A DNA stretch of 59,975 nucleotides, filler included, from Sphacelaria rigidula (taxonomy: Eukaryota): NCBI GenBank assembly GCA_964200075.2. It is 9 parts of 9 records of this genome, joined end to end, with 100 filler letters (N's around TTAATTAATTAA, not from the genome) between each part and the next. Parts side by side here need not be neighbours in the genome. Positions count along the whole stretch, not along the records: positions 20,026 to 26,600 come from CAXNAA020019266.1; positions 26,701 to 33,275 come from CAXNAA020019267.1; positions 33,376 to 39,950 come from CAXNAA020019268.1; 6 more parts are not named here. One strand, 5' to 3'. Position numbers and translations under genes: made by a program. Each line of letters begins with the position of its first letter. Positions within the stretch are counted from its first letter, which is position 1. Shown one piece after another: positions 22,500-36,300 of this stretch. Under the pieces are notes generated by a model. It had not been told where the DNA came from. It did not search any database and worked only from the letters and a program-made list of their open reading frames with translations.

Positions 22500-24330
22500 T
22501 TGGAGGTGTGAGAGGGCAGGATGAAAATAAGACTACACATGGTCGAGAGGGAGTTGAACAAGGACAAAGAATGGCCACTCGTGGTACTTACCGTCAGCGG
22601 CGGTTTAGCTCCCAGCTCCGCTCCTGGTGGCCGTGGGTCGGCTACCTTGTCGGGTCGTACTCTTCTTCTTTTCGAGGGGAGGGGAGATCTTAGTTGGTGG
22701 CGTGACGGGTTGGTTTCCGGGAGGGGACAGGGAGTTATGACCGACCCGCGGTGCTTTGCGCGGTGTCGAATCGTCGTTTCTTGACGCATATGACGCTTTC
22801 TCCTTCAACAAGTGCCGTTGGAAATCAGACAGGAGCGTGGCACGCGTGTCGTAGAAACAGAGGTCGCACCTTATGAGCTGGTTCGCCACCCCCCGCCAAG
22901 AGACCATAGAGTGTTTTTTGGGACAGGGTTGCTGTACACTCGTAACACGGATGAGTGCACTCCTCGGCCGCTTTCACGAGAGTTTTTACGCACGCGCGGC
23001 CGTCCGCGTGGGCGTATACCCTGTCTTTACCGCCGGTGGGATCGGACATGCAGTGGTACGGGGTGCTGACCCCGATCTCGCCGCCACACGCTAAGCAGAG
23101 GAAGGGCAGCTGTTTTCTGGAGCCCTTCGGGACTGGTTTTGTATCCTGCGAGACAGAGATGTGGGTGTTGTAGGTGGAGTACCTGTCAATGCCGAACGAA
23201 TTGGGAGGAGGACGAAGCGACGGTTGCGGAAAGTTCAGCGAGAAAATAGTACGGGAGGAAAGATAGTTGTACTATGAGCGAATGCGCGACGAACGGATGT
23301 TGAAAGCAACGATGTCGAGTAGGTTGAAAAGGGAGGAAGTGGGATAAGAAGTTCGTTCGGTTATCAGGATACTTCTCCATGAACCTGCACTGAGGAAACC
23401 ACGGCCTCCACGTAAGTGTGGCATTCTGTACAAGCAAGTCTAGCATGTAGGAGTGTATTATCACAAAGGTGGGAGATCCCCTCCTAGCGTCCCGTTTCTA
23501 ATGTGTGTCGAATCGTGGGCTTGCAATGGTTGGCGCCAACTCCGGTGGGAAAGTACACCGAAAGCATCGAAGAAACGGGCTGGGGAGTGAGCCAGTTAAA
23601 ATTTTTCATCTTCAATGTCATTACTGGAGTTCAACTGGAAATGGGTACGAGAGCGTCAGTTGTCCAGTTCATGTGGAAGTGTTGCGCCGCTTGTCTATAC
23701 AGAGTAATTTTCATAGTAGTTCAATCATGGGGAGTTTAAAAGAAAGAAACACTGTGTACGATTAGACAGGACATACTCACAATACGTCGAAGTAATGTAG
23801 CAGGTGTGTGCCTCATCGGAAGAAAAACAAATTCGGTCACGGGCGATCACAAAAACACACAAGCGTTCTATCGAATGAGCTTGGCGGTGAGAACCTGTGT
23901 ACTTCAATTGCCCATGGTACTGCCAGGGTGTGGCATGTTTGTTTCGATCCCCAGATCCCGAAGGAGAGGGTCTGCTGCTGGATGGTGTAGAGAAATGATG
24001 TTCGAATCGCTACTACATACCGAAGACAGGTTAGAGCAGTACGAGGCTCGTATCAGCTCGCAGTGAGTGGTTACATTATTCACAACTAATCGCGGTTACC
24101 GCAGGAAAAAAAGGTCAAATACGGGAAAATGTTCTGACTTGGGCGACGCTCCTGAGCGGCACCTCCTACCAGCCGGGAGGGGCGATTAGCTGGAAAAAGT
24201 GGATGGAGTGGCAAATGGCGCGGCAAGGGTTGACGGAACTGAACAGAGCTGATTGTTCACAGCCCCGAAAATAAATTTGAGCTTTTGTAGCGTCAAGGTG
24301 CATTGGGTAGGGTACGAGAGTTTTCATGGA
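22500..24330 (-). mobile_element. Possible degenerate non-LTR retrotransposon 3' region
   Basis: Broken minus-strand frames with a Cys/His cluster (LCLACGGEIGVSTPYHC..) and LINE C-terminal-like phrases (PLLRDLGIE). It has many stops and no splice pattern. Recognition by eye only. Confidence 0.35.
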
Positions 24331-25867
24331 TCATACAGAAGTAGGGAATACCGATAAAACATCGCTCGGAGGCCACGGAACTTGTCGGGTAGGGATAGGA
24401 GGCTTACAGAGAATCCACTGGTGGTCTTGTGATGAAAAAGAGTTGCATAGAAAATAGAACACGCACCCGGACATTTGTACAAGGGTGCAGGGTTAAACCG
24501 TGTGTACAGAAAGAACAGAACTATCTTGGAAGGGTATGATGGATCACAATAGTCACGCAACTGTCGTGGACCGGTAGGACAGTCTTCGACAAGTCACAGA
24601 ACTGTCGAGGGATTAGGAAAGCGTTACTGAAGTTAAAGATCTGTCGAGTAGGGGTGTGCAAGTGACACTGAAATCATAGAGCTATCAAGTTGGGCAACGA
24701 AAGCCTTACAGATTTTACTAGAAAAATCGAGTAGATTAACCACAGTCCAAGAGAAGCTACAGAACTGTCGGTTACGAGGATGAACGTTTTCCAGAAGTCA
24801 CCGCTGTCGTATGGGGATAATATCTGTAAAGATACCCCGTGTATGCAACAAACCGGCCCCCATACGAGATAGGGTTGGACACCATAGACCGATGCCCTGC
24901 AAATTGATACCGATGGCGGCGCAGATGAAGGCCACCCAGTCGGTCCGATACCTGTTGATTATCATGTTTCGCTTTCCCCTTCAACTCGTACCCTGTAACC
25001 CGTCTGTTCCCCGAACAGAAAAATATATCTTGAAGGGTGTACGGAGTTGAATACCAAGGGGTGTTAGATGGATGGAGGTTGGGGAACAAGTGCGAGTTTT
25101 CAGAACAAAGGTAGGGATTGAGTTTAAATCTTCACCCCTCCCGGGTAATACCCGCACTCTGCCTGCATCGCATATACGCACTAGGGTATATATGTTAAAT
25201 CCGGGCCGGGATTACGGGAGGCTTACAGACTTTGCAGAGTCGTCGACCAGGGGTATGAGGCAGTTTCAGATAATAACAAACTGGCGAGTAAAGTTAAGAA
25301 AGGTCTTACACAGCCTCTGTGTACTGGTTTGATAGTTTTACACGGTTGAAAGGACTGGACGAAAGACAGGAGCCAATCGCCCCGGCGAAGGCGCGATTTT
25401 CTTGTTTTGCCATATCATGCCGACAAGGTGTAGGTTCGTTTGAACCATACGTCGTATGACAATACACACAGCTTGTTGACAGCACTGATGGCATCATGCC
25501 GGAATTTGTGTTTCAGTGCGGAGCGATGGCACGGTAAGCTGCGTCTTGTCGTTGATCCCAGTGAAGGAAAACAGCGCACACACATACCGGCTCTGCACGC
25601 AATTGGCTGCAGGGTCAAACTCAGTTACCGGTTCCGCGGGATATTTCCCATACATACGACAAATATATTGACGTGTTCATGAAAAGCATCTTGCGTAGCG
25701 AGAGAAGAGCAGTTCTGAATCTCAAATGTTGCGTCGTCGAACTTGATCCATCCACGGAGGTGTCGTTGTCGACCAGGGGTGTGATGGACTTACAGAACAT
25801 ACAAAACTGTCGGGTGCCGGTATAAACGTTTCACAGGGGTGACAGGGTTGAGGAACACACAGCAGTA

Positions 25868-26130
25868 GCCGGTCGCCCCGGTGGCTCAGATGGTAACCTC
25901 GAAACCCTCTGACGGCTAGGACGTGGGTTCAAATTTCGGGAAGACCTGGGATTTTCTCTCACACCATGCCCAACAGTGGAGAGCGACTATGTCGTGAGTA
26001 CACACAGTTCGACTTCACGGTCGACGAGGGAAGGGAACGCTGGACCCTTCTCTCGGTCAAAAGAAAGGCAAGCACCGCAGAAGGTGGGGTGCTCAAAAAA
26101 AAAAAAAAACTTCTGTGTTAGCCTTCCTCT
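25868..26130 (+). mobile_element. tRNA-derived SINE family 1, 3'-truncated
   Basis: GCCGGTCGCCCCGGTGGCTCAGATGG..GGTTCAAAT plus the shared body. Confidence 0.75.
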
Positions 26131-28586
26131 GTGGGAAAAAAGTACTTTTAGGGCCCGGCCCGTCTTCGCACTTTTCTTTTCGATCAAAAAAATGAGGCGG
26201 TGGAATTGATTCGAGCGAAAATTTCTCGTTTTGATGCAGTTGGATCCGGATGGATTTTAAAGCTTTCGATCGAAGAAAGACAGTGAAATCGTGAAACGGT
26301 ACATGGTCACTTGTGTACAGTACAGACAGTCTATACTGTCTGCACTGCTTGCAAGCAGGGTGTCTTGAGTGGGTGTATGCGTGTTTCGTGCAGGAGGAAA
26401 TGAAGGAGAAGCGGGCAACGTGCAGTGCAGACTGCCCAGGACTATCAATTTCCTCTGCTTACAATGCGACGTGAAAAGGACTTCATTCAGCAACGTACAG
26501 CTTTGTACTGCCTGCTGCACCGTCCATGAGCGTACACGTAACTTGGTCTGCAGTTCACAGCGATATGCTCAAGTCGAGCTGATTTGGTACACTTGAGGAG
26601 NNNNNNNNNNNNNNNNNNNNNNNNNNNNNNNNNNNNNNNNNNNNTTAATTAATTAANNNNNNNNNNNNNNNNNNNNNNNNNNNNNNNNNNNNNNNNNNNN
26701 CCGGGGAGCGGTTGATTCTCATTTCAAAATACGTTCTCATTTTTCTGGCAACCCTGTTCAGTGTGGAAGGATGTCTGACACACTTTTGAGCCTCTTTTTT
26801 CGTGCAACCAAATACCCCCACCCCTATCGTAGGATGACTCTTTTCTTCTTTTATTTTTACTGCTCACGTGATCTTCTGCATTTCGATCATAAAAAACTTC
26901 TGTCAAAATTTCAGTGTCCAACTCCTATTATCGCGCCGTGCGTCCCCTGAGCGATATAACCACCCACTGTTGGCTGGCCCGGCTCGCAGTGGCATTCGGC
27001 AGTCACTGCACCTGATAGCCGTGATAGTTTCAGATCTAGGGAAGCAAATCCACACCCGAAGTTAAGACATTTGAGAATTTCACGTTTCCTCGAGCAAGGA
27101 CTTTTTTTCGTCTACTCGCTCTGGGTATGTCTAATCTTGTGACAACGACCTTGATACGTAGTAGTGTGACAAGTTCTCGGGGGGACTCGTCGCGTGATTG
27201 AGCAAAAAAAACTCTTCCGATGCTCTCCCAGTCCTTGCTGTTTTTTGGGTTTGCATCGTCGGTGCGATGCGCTGCACGAGAAAGACAACTTCTCTCCTAT
27301 TACATTCAAGTGTATCTTTCAGCAAGTTTCGTGCTTTACTCGCGCGGGGAGCAAATTGTGGAGCAGAGATGAGTACCCACCCCTGGTTGAATGTTCCCAC
27401 CACATTGTTAGTGCCTTGAACGTCCTGTTCATGTACACAGTAAGTCGGTCTGTGAAATGGCTGGAAAATGCCGTAGTCGCCCTCTTTCGAGTTACGTCGG
27501 AGACGAGGGGATCCCTTCGCATGGGCGAAAATTTACACATGTGGCCAATGGTAGCTTGTCTGGTTCCCTGGTCACGAAAAAATAATGTACGACGAAATTT
27601 CGAGGGGGTAGGAAATGCACGGCAGTGTGGCATAAAAAAAATATATCTGTGCACTCAGTCGTCTGGCTGCACTCGTTCTTCGCCGTTTATGTGGTACACG
27701 TGTTTGGTTCGCAATTATCAATTATATTGCTGTCTTGGCCAATCACATAGCCGTGATAGTAGTTGATTTCGCTACCGGAGGAGCTGTACCTGAAATTGTC
27801 TCGAAAGTGCTCAGATATACCCGAAGCTGACTATTGCTCATTTCTACACCCGTGTCAAGACTTACTCGACCTCGTTCGTGCCCACGTACTATACGTCTGT
27901 ACTCTACATGAAGGTACAAATATTTTGTGAAGAAAAAAACCCGTATGTTTCGCATGACTTGAACCTACAAATGCATTTTGAAAAAAATATTGCGACGGGG
28001 GAGAAGAAGGCTCCCCTCCTTCGACGAGTTATCCTCCTCCACCGGGACACCTATAACAAAAAAATAAACAGCCCAGAGAAACATGGGCAAGGTGATACTG
28101 AAATCGGCAACAACAAGAGAACACCATTGCCCAAAACTCCCATGTTCTGTCTGGCCACCTCATTAAGACACAACACAAGATGCTGGTTGAAGCATCTACG
28201 CGTGTTGAACTGCCGCATCGACTCGGGCCACACCCGCCCACGCAGCAGTTCATTGAAGTTCCTGCTAACCGCCGGTCGCCGTGGTTTCCCCAGAATGCTC
28301 GAACGGAGCACCCGTTATCTTGGGTCGTGAAGAACGGCACGATGGCAACAATACCCGCCCACCTTCGTACACAGAAAAATGACCGCCATTCGTGCTGTCT
28401 ACAGTCTACAGAGTTCAGTCATGAGCGAAGCAGAGTAAACAGGACCAACATCATCAACAAGGGCGCAACTCAACCGAAGACCCAAGGCGACCCCCCACGT
28501 ATCCGACCACGCACCCTAAACGGTCATCTCTGGTCAAAGTTTACCACCAAGATTCTAGCTAATCCTTCGAGTATATCCGTGTATAG

Positions 28587-28860
28587 CAACGTTTTTGCGA
28601 GATTGAGAGAGTGAGAAGCGGTCAATGAGTGAGTGAATCGTTTCAGTTCCGAAATGACTCTTCACGAGGCCCGATACGTTTCATGCACTAGCTCGCCACT
28701 GAGGCCCTTGGTATCCCTGAGTAGGATATCGACGTGTAGCGGTAAGCACACAGTGATAGAAGCAAATAAAAACACACACGGCATGAAAACTTGGTCAAGT
28801 TAAAGCGAACGATCAAAGCCACTTTCAATAAGCGCTCCACTACCAATCTCACGAAAACGT
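28587..28860. mobile_element. MITE family A copy
   Basis: CAACGTTTTTGCGAGATTGAGAG ... AATCTCACGAAAACGT. Confidence 0.75.
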
Positions 28861-29688
28861 GGGATGTACCTCGCCAAGAACAAAGAACGACGTACGTTTG
28901 ATCTTTTGCTATCCATCCATAGCAACACATCGCACAGCATGGAACGGTACAACAGTTCAGCTTTTTCCAGCACCTTGGTCCTTAGCACAAACACAGCAGC
29001 ACCGTACGATTTTGCGAACTGCTGGGCCTGTATTTACTTTTGCACAATATCTCAACAGATCACCGCATCCTGTACCTGGTACGTGGAAGGAGTGCTATGA
29101 TAACTCACGGAGATGGCCTATTTGCAACTGGACCCCAACACAACATATCACAGTGTCGCGAGAGCTCACTCAGCCCGTTCCAACACCACGCAAGCTTCAT
29201 CGACCAGTGTTTCGCCAACTATGCGCGGGAGCGCAAACGCTCATTCTGCTTCTGGCACAAAGATATCCCGACAACTTGCCGAAATGAATCAACCCTACTG
29301 GAGCTATCATGGCAAAACAGGAGAGATTGAGACATCTCGGCCTAGTACACCTGCTCCATTGTTGGATAACACCACAACGGTTCACCCCCGATATCTCCTA
29401 CCCAGTTATGCCGTCATCATTCAGCAAAGGTGCAGGCAGTACCAACTTTCAGCTACAGTACCCCGGAGCACGGACCGAATGACGCCTTATTTGTTTATAC
29501 AATTGTCCAATACAAAAATAGGCACCCCATGCGTCCGGCGCGACGGCGCTGCACCACGGCTTATTTTCACCTCAGTACAACACTGCGACATCGCTATAAT
29601 TTTAGATTCCCCGCGACAGCTACTACGTATTGCAAGCAGCACATAGAACTGCAGAACACGCCCACAATAACTAGTCCGACGTAGCCAC

Positions 29689-31826
29689 TTATCCCAGCAC
29701 AAGGCTGCTGTTGCCACCGGGTCCTTGACGCACGGGACGTGAGTAGGCGGAGGCCGCGTCAACGCTACTTTGTGCCTCGGATATATCCATGGCGCGTGCT
29801 TTAGTCGCCGGCGCTTCCGTGGTGTCCAGACTACCGAAAAGCTCCACCGCGGCCACGTTTAGACCCTGCAGCATGTCCCCCACCATACATTTTGTGAGAA
29901 CACCAAGGCGTCAAGTGTGTTGGGATCACGGGGAGCGACGGGGCGGGGGATGGGGGTGGAAGGTTACCACTACTGGAGTGTAGAGAATAAAAAAAAGACG
30001 TTTCAACAATTCAGACGAAATAGAGATAGCGTCAGTAGTAGTACAGCATACGCAAGATGTGGAAAAAAGGTAACGCGAGCCAGGAACACGCACACAAGAC
30101 ACAAACCACGTAGACGAAGTTGTAGATGATCGGCCTTCGTGCTGCTGCTGCTACTTACTTGTACCAATACTATTAATTGTGCTTCCTCTTCAACCTTCAC
30201 CTGAGCTCGAAGGCTAGCAAGCATGGCCCGGGTATCCGACTGTTCAATGCCAGCCGCATCCTTGACCTCCTCCACCGTCTGAGTCCCGTCCGCACGCGTG
30301 GCGAGCACCCTGCGGATGCTGGTGTTGGCCAATGCTCCCTCTCCACCAGGTAAGTGCCACGCGTTCCTGCCCACACCACATGCACACACACGCACAACAA
30401 CGTTTTCGTGAGTTTGAGAGTAGAGCGCTGATTGAGAGTGGCTTCGATCATTCGCTTCAACTTGGCCAATTTTTCATTTCGTGCGTGCTCTTCTTTGCCT
30501 CACTCACTAGCGTATGCTCACAGCTACGCGTCAATATCCTACTCGGGGATATCAAGGACCTCAGTGGCAAGCTACTACATACAGCAGCAGATCAAACGTC
30601 GCGGAAAGGCATTTCGGAACTGAAACGATTCATTCACTGATTGACCGCTTTTCACTCTCAATCTCACGAAGACATTGTTACTTGCGAAATGCACAGCTGT
30701 TCCATATATCGTGAGCGACAAAAGCAGGTGAGCAAGACAGCATTTCATGCAGATGAAGATATCAAAGCTCTGCCCACTAGTATTATAGCCCTTCGTGTGA
30801 GGTGAGTGTATCATACAAAAACGAGACAGAGAGAAACGCAAAATATTTGTTCATGGATGCATTATTATCACCAGGCGATTTGTTGGGTGTGCGTATGAGG
30901 CAAAAGGGGGGGGGCAGTACGCGCCGCCAGAAAATCAAAGCAAAGAAACAGAATCAACAACACTGTACTCTTGCGGAAAAACTGGTTCCCGTTACGCCTG
31001 TGCTCGTCTAGATTCGTGGATGTACTGCAATAGTGCGTAGCACATACAGGTAGCTTAGAATCGCGAGTTAATCTCTTCTTCAGGACCACACAGCTAGAAA
31101 GCAGTTGTTTTTAGGGCATGACTCTGATGGCTGTTGAAGGGAACCACAATTGCCAGAGCTCGGGAATGGTTTGCCTAACCGTTGATCCATTAAACGGTAC
31201 AAAATAGTTTGGTCATCGAGCTGCGCAGCCGGGAGCCAAAAAGTCCCCCTCGGGCCCCGCTGGAGGCGCCGTGCAGGAGGCATGTTTTGTCGCGATTTGG
31301 CTACACTAGAGCTAAAAATAACGTTGAATTTGGACCAATTTTCAAAAACTGTATGCACCGTAGGTAGCCGGTAACGGCAAATGATGGCGTGAAACCATTA
31401 TCCAAATATTTCATATAACCATTACCATTATCATGATAATCACCAGTTATAACTGGTGCCATTTCTGATCTCTGGCGATTCCGCAACAGCGAAAAAGAAA
31501 GAAAGAGGAAAGTGTGCACGCGGTAGGGTGCATCAATGACGATAACTCAAAAACGGCTGTACAGCAACAAAAATGATCAACACGCGGTATCGAGTCAACC
31601 GGCGGCTGCATGGTCGTTGGTTGGGACGACCACACTTCGTAATGTGCATGACCATGCGGTGATGACTGAGCAAGCAGCACATCAAGAATCGACTAGCATT
31701 GGCACCGGCCGTATGCGCTTGTTACGCCTTTTCATCTCCATACCTCATCATGAGCTCAAAATAGTCATCTTCATCTATGCCGGCCGACACCATCCCGTAG
31801 TACCGGCACCACTCTTGTGGGGTCAC
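29689..31826 (-). CDS. Calcyphosin-like EF-hand protein, last three exons
   Basis: Exons 31826-31744, 30366-30201 and 29865-29689 splice in phase to VTPQEWCRYYGMVSAGIDEDDYFELMMRNAWHLPGGEGALANTSIRRVLATRADGTQTVEEVKD..LRAQGLNVAAVELFG..*. This is the calcyphosin C-terminal signature (SAxIDxDxYFELMMRNAW). Confidence 0.85.
30398..30677. mobile_element. MITE family A copy (intronic)
   Basis: CAACGTTTTCGTGAGTTTGAGAGTAGAG ... CACTCTCAATCTCACGAAGACATTG. Confidence 0.8.
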
Positions 31827-31864
31827 CTGATAGCGAAGCAAAAACACACCCGAGGGCAGAAGAA

Positions 31865-32320
31865 ACGTCCACGGAATGTGAAGGAGGGGGATGAGACACG
31901 TAAACGTTTTTTGTGTTATGTACGGAAGAAACTTGATGAGCGCCGGAATGTTGAAGATGTCTCTATTAGGAGTAGGAACTGTGCCCCGTCTCGGAAGGGA
32001 TGTGTGGTCAGTAGTCTATGCTCTTGGGTAAGCAATCAGCGAGTACCCTCTCCTCCTCCCCGCCCCCCTTGTGATGAACGGTTTTTGTGTCATGTATGGA
32101 AGAAACGTAAGGAGCTCCGGAATGTTGAAGGTGACTCTATTAGGAGTAGGAACGGTGACACAAAAAACGTTTACGTGTCTCATCCCCCTCCTGTTTCGCC
32201 CTCTGTGGCCACCATCCATCTCCTAGTACAACCATCGTTTTCTCCCTACTGTCTGATGCATCAAACGATTTCATGCCACCTTCGTTCACGTGCATGAGCT
32301 GGGGGGGGTGGGGGTGATCC
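31865..32320. mobile_element. Rearranged cluster of LINE 3'-end fragments (family L)
   Basis: Two + copies (..EGDETRKRFLC.V.KK..E.RNVE..SIRSRN.APSRKGCVV) and one - copy (..KTMVVLGDGWWPQRAKQEGDETRKRFLC). Further copies lie at 33130-33197, 40965-41110, 47592-47680 and 48905-49000 (-). Confidence 0.65.
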
Positions 32321-33375
32321 GCAACAGCAAACGATAGCCCGAGTGCAAGCGTGGGACCCGTTAGATAACATCCTGAGGCACATGCCACACGACACAAACT
32401 ATGACGGGGCCCTACCCTGTTGTACCGTAGGCTCCCTGAAATTCCGTCCACAACATACGCCGGCGACTCCGCTCAACGCATACACGCCAGATTATGCGGC
32501 TGAAAACAGCAGCAATGTGCGGGCTCATGAGACTTCGATCGACAATAAATATACGCCCGATATCATGATTTCATACAGCCTTGGCGCTGAGCATATTTTC
32601 ATGCTGCAACTGTACTGCCACGCAGCAGAGCAGAACGTGCGCGGGAGGAGAGATGGGGGTCTTTGTACTGCGGTTTGTTGCATGCGCTTCCCACACACCC
32701 ATCAGCGAAGTATAGCATATACTTCCTTGACGCCGTCCCACGAATGCTCCCGCTACGGAAATGTAACAAAATGTTATAAAAAGGCCTGTTTTTTCTCCTT
32801 GTCTTGGGGGCTTTGGGGTCCGCTGTGGCGATCTGGGCGAAGTTGAAATTTACTTCACTAGCTTCTGTCCGTGTGCGCGGGGGCGGGGTGTGTGTGTGTG
32901 TGTGTTAAAGTGCCCAAGGCCGGCTTGCTTCCTGTGCCGAGAAAACCGCCATGAAAGTACCGTGGATGTTTCATACTACCACCAACTCAATAAAGGACGA
33001 AGCGTGTGTCCTACTCCAAACAGCGAAACAACTCGGAATGGCTGATGACGTCCATTTTAACATTTTCCCGTTGTTTAGTGTTGCTGCGCACTGTTGGTCG
33101 AAAAGGCCCTCATTCACCCTCGTAATTTATATGGTGCTCCGTCTCAAAAGGGATGCGTGGTCAATGGGCGACCAACTAAGGCGAGCAACGGATAAGTAGC
33201 TGTCTCTGGAAGTGTCAATACCAGATAATGAAGCAACTCATTGTAAGCTGTCATCCAAATGCAAGATTATCAGTTNNNNNNNNNNNNNNNNNNNNNNNNN
33301 NNNNNNNNNNNNNNNNNNNTTAATTAATTAANNNNNNNNNNNNNNNNNNNNNNNNNNNNNNNNNNNNNNNNNNNN

Positions 33376-36300
33376 AGCATCCTACATGATAAACGCAACG
33401 GCTTGGCACCATTGTGGGCTACAGCACCTCCAAAGCGACTTCAAGACAACGCAAATGACCTACTCGTACTATTTTATGTTTTATTCTTTCTATTTGTCGC
33501 ACTTTGAACCCCCCCCCCTTCCTCGGAACGAGTCCGTGGTCTCAAGGGATCAACCCAACTCTCCCTGGTACACGCCTTGCATTTTGGTCTCGCGAATTGG
33601 GTCAGTACTCTCGCACCGCGTCAACTCACGTCCAACAAACTCAGTCAACTATTTTGTTTACTCACGTTCTCATGCTTTCCAGGATGGAAATCAGATACAA
33701 CGGCTAAAACCCGAGGCATCAGGAATCGAACCTCGTTTTCTCCACCCTAATGGTGACAGGCGGACCATTGCACCACCTGGGCGCGGTGCCTACTCAATGC
33801 GTCGGTAACTCAAAGACAGCGCCGCCTCAAGAGTTTAGCTACGTTTAACTTTGTCGGCATGTTGCATGTATATTCGCTCATTGTCTGGAAACCCTGAAAT
33901 TACCCTCTTCTTTCCACGCAGCACGAACGAGGTATGGCTGCGCGTACTGGTGCTACTGATACACAGTCGTACCTGGTCGGATCCCAAGCGGTTGCGCAAC
34001 CCATCGGGAATTCAGCCTGACTAAAGCTGAGAAGCTTTGCCCAGTTCCCCTCCGAATCATTATCGTCTGGGGAAGGAACCATAGCAGGGGTCGACAGCAC
34101 CAAACGTTAAAAAAAAACGGAGCACAGATCCCATGATGGGCTGCAGGGCATACTCCATCGGTAGGAAGGCGCGGAGTCACGATTAATTTGAGCCGACTCC
34201 GATAGTGGCTCTCTTTCTGGAACGCTGGGTGCATCAGATTCAACATATAACGCTATTGACGATTAAGGACGTCGGAGTGCCCATCGCATTACCACAACAC
34301 GATGGATATACGGCTGATGACGATGACCAGCGTGGCTGGAAAACCCACCGCAAATCTCGTCAGCGTGTTTGTCCACTGTATTCACCTGAATCACCATGTA
34401 CCCATGAATAGATATCGATACAAATTTTCGCTCTACCCGAGAAGCCATGTTCACTGAATGACGAGCGAACGCGTAATGTATACAAGTTTCGTACAGTAAC
34501 AGCTTCGATGTATGATGCTGTACTAAAATTTCTCACGAGCTAATGATGAAACGGTGTCGCGCAACCGCCGCTTTGCAGAAGATTTTGTTGTTTGTTGGCA
34601 TTTAATGCATAACGCACAAAACCTCACCTAGCTCGACCGTCTCCGTTGGTGCGCCGGTGAGAGCCTCAAAGGCTTCGCATACGTGTCCACCGGATATGGC
34701 TTCGAATGACCCATGTTGTTTGGCAAACGCCTGTTGTGGAGCTCACGCAAATAAACACGGGTGATAAGGCACGAGTTGAGTTCACATAACGCTGCCAACA
34801 TCACTGCCGCCAAGGCATCGTGATGGGTCATGTGTGCATCTAGTAAGTAGGCTACACGCAGCATGGACTCGCATACCTAGAAAGAAGGAGTGGTCCAATC
34901 ATAGTTCTAGCCTTCATCTCCACATTCGCGACCGCCGCCTTCCAGGTCAGTTACCTACAAAATAAAAACTTCCACGAGGATCTGGAGTAGCAGCTCATTA
35001 TGAAGCATGATTTTTCATAAAAGTACGTACCGCTCCTCCGTTCCAGGTGCGGGGACCCCGGGGTGGCACGAAAGAGGATTTGGCAGCAACCTGTGTTGCA
35101 TTCTCGACGAAACACTGGCATTAAGCTGGGGTCCTGGGGCGATGGTGCGCTCGGCACGATAATAGTTGCACGGACAAAAAAACTTGGATGCATTGCAATA
35201 GTGACGACAACAACGACAACGACAACGACCTCGACCGATCACCACACGACCCCATGGCCATGCAGGTGAAGGTATACTGTGTACGCGCATGACGAGTTTA
35301 TCCCGCTTGCCAAGAGGGGGTAAAAAGTTGCCCCCTCTTGGCAGGTGGGGTACATGCATCGTGCGTGTACACAGTTTACCTTCACCCGCATGGCCATGGG
35401 GTCGTGCGATGATCGATCGAGGTCGAAGTCCTTGTCGTTGTCATCGTCACGATTGCAAGGCATCCGAGGTTTTGCCGTTCGTCCCAACTCCCGTTGTGCC
35501 TAACTCACAGTCGTCCGAGCACCCTCAGCTTGACCCCACGACCTGAATCGCGGCTTCGCAAAAGCGATCGCTGCCCTCCTTCCTCCAACTGATTGTCAAA
35601 CCATCGCACAGAAATGTCGACAGCTCGTGGGCGAGCTAGCGCGTTGGACGGCGCGTGCGCAGCTTGAGTGTTACAGCATGAGGGCAGTGGAATAGAGAAT
35701 GATCAAAATTGTACTCTGCACCGCTGTAACACGAAAACAGAACCATATTCACACCTTCTCCACAATGCAGGGCCAAGTTTGGTTATTGGAGGTCTTAGCA
35801 AAGGCGGGTAGATGGTCAAGGCCCTTCTCCTTTCCCTTTAGCATGGCAGGGTCCTTGCATGGTAGCCAGCTGTCGACCAGTACCCTATAAAACAGTGACA
35901 AATGATCATGAAACAGATGTTGCATGAAAAACACCAGCCCCACTGACATTCCTGCAACCGTGGGGCCGTTCCCTTGGTAGCTCGACAAAGTACGGTTGAT
36001 TGATGTTCCGGTGAACAAGAAATATGATGTTATGTAGTGAAAACACACAGGAGTGTGTATGTAAGTGCCATCAGTTCTCCAATACGCCAACGTTCAAGAG
36101 CTTGTCGCCGTGGTGAGCATACGAACAGTACGCGCATGTCACGCGTCGCACGTGGAAGTTGTCAATGACGCCCAAAACATGAATGAGAAAAAATATGTTC
36201 TGCACGAAACTAACCGCAATTTGTCATGGCGGTAATGTTCCTCGCTTGGCACTCTCTTGGTGCGTGGGCCCGGCCGAACCCACGCCGTACGCATGAAAAG

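Noticed and set aside
31080..31358. GTFW motif as a downstream calpain exon
   Set aside because: It is on a different fragment, lies inside a calcyphosin intron, and has no convincing splice sites.
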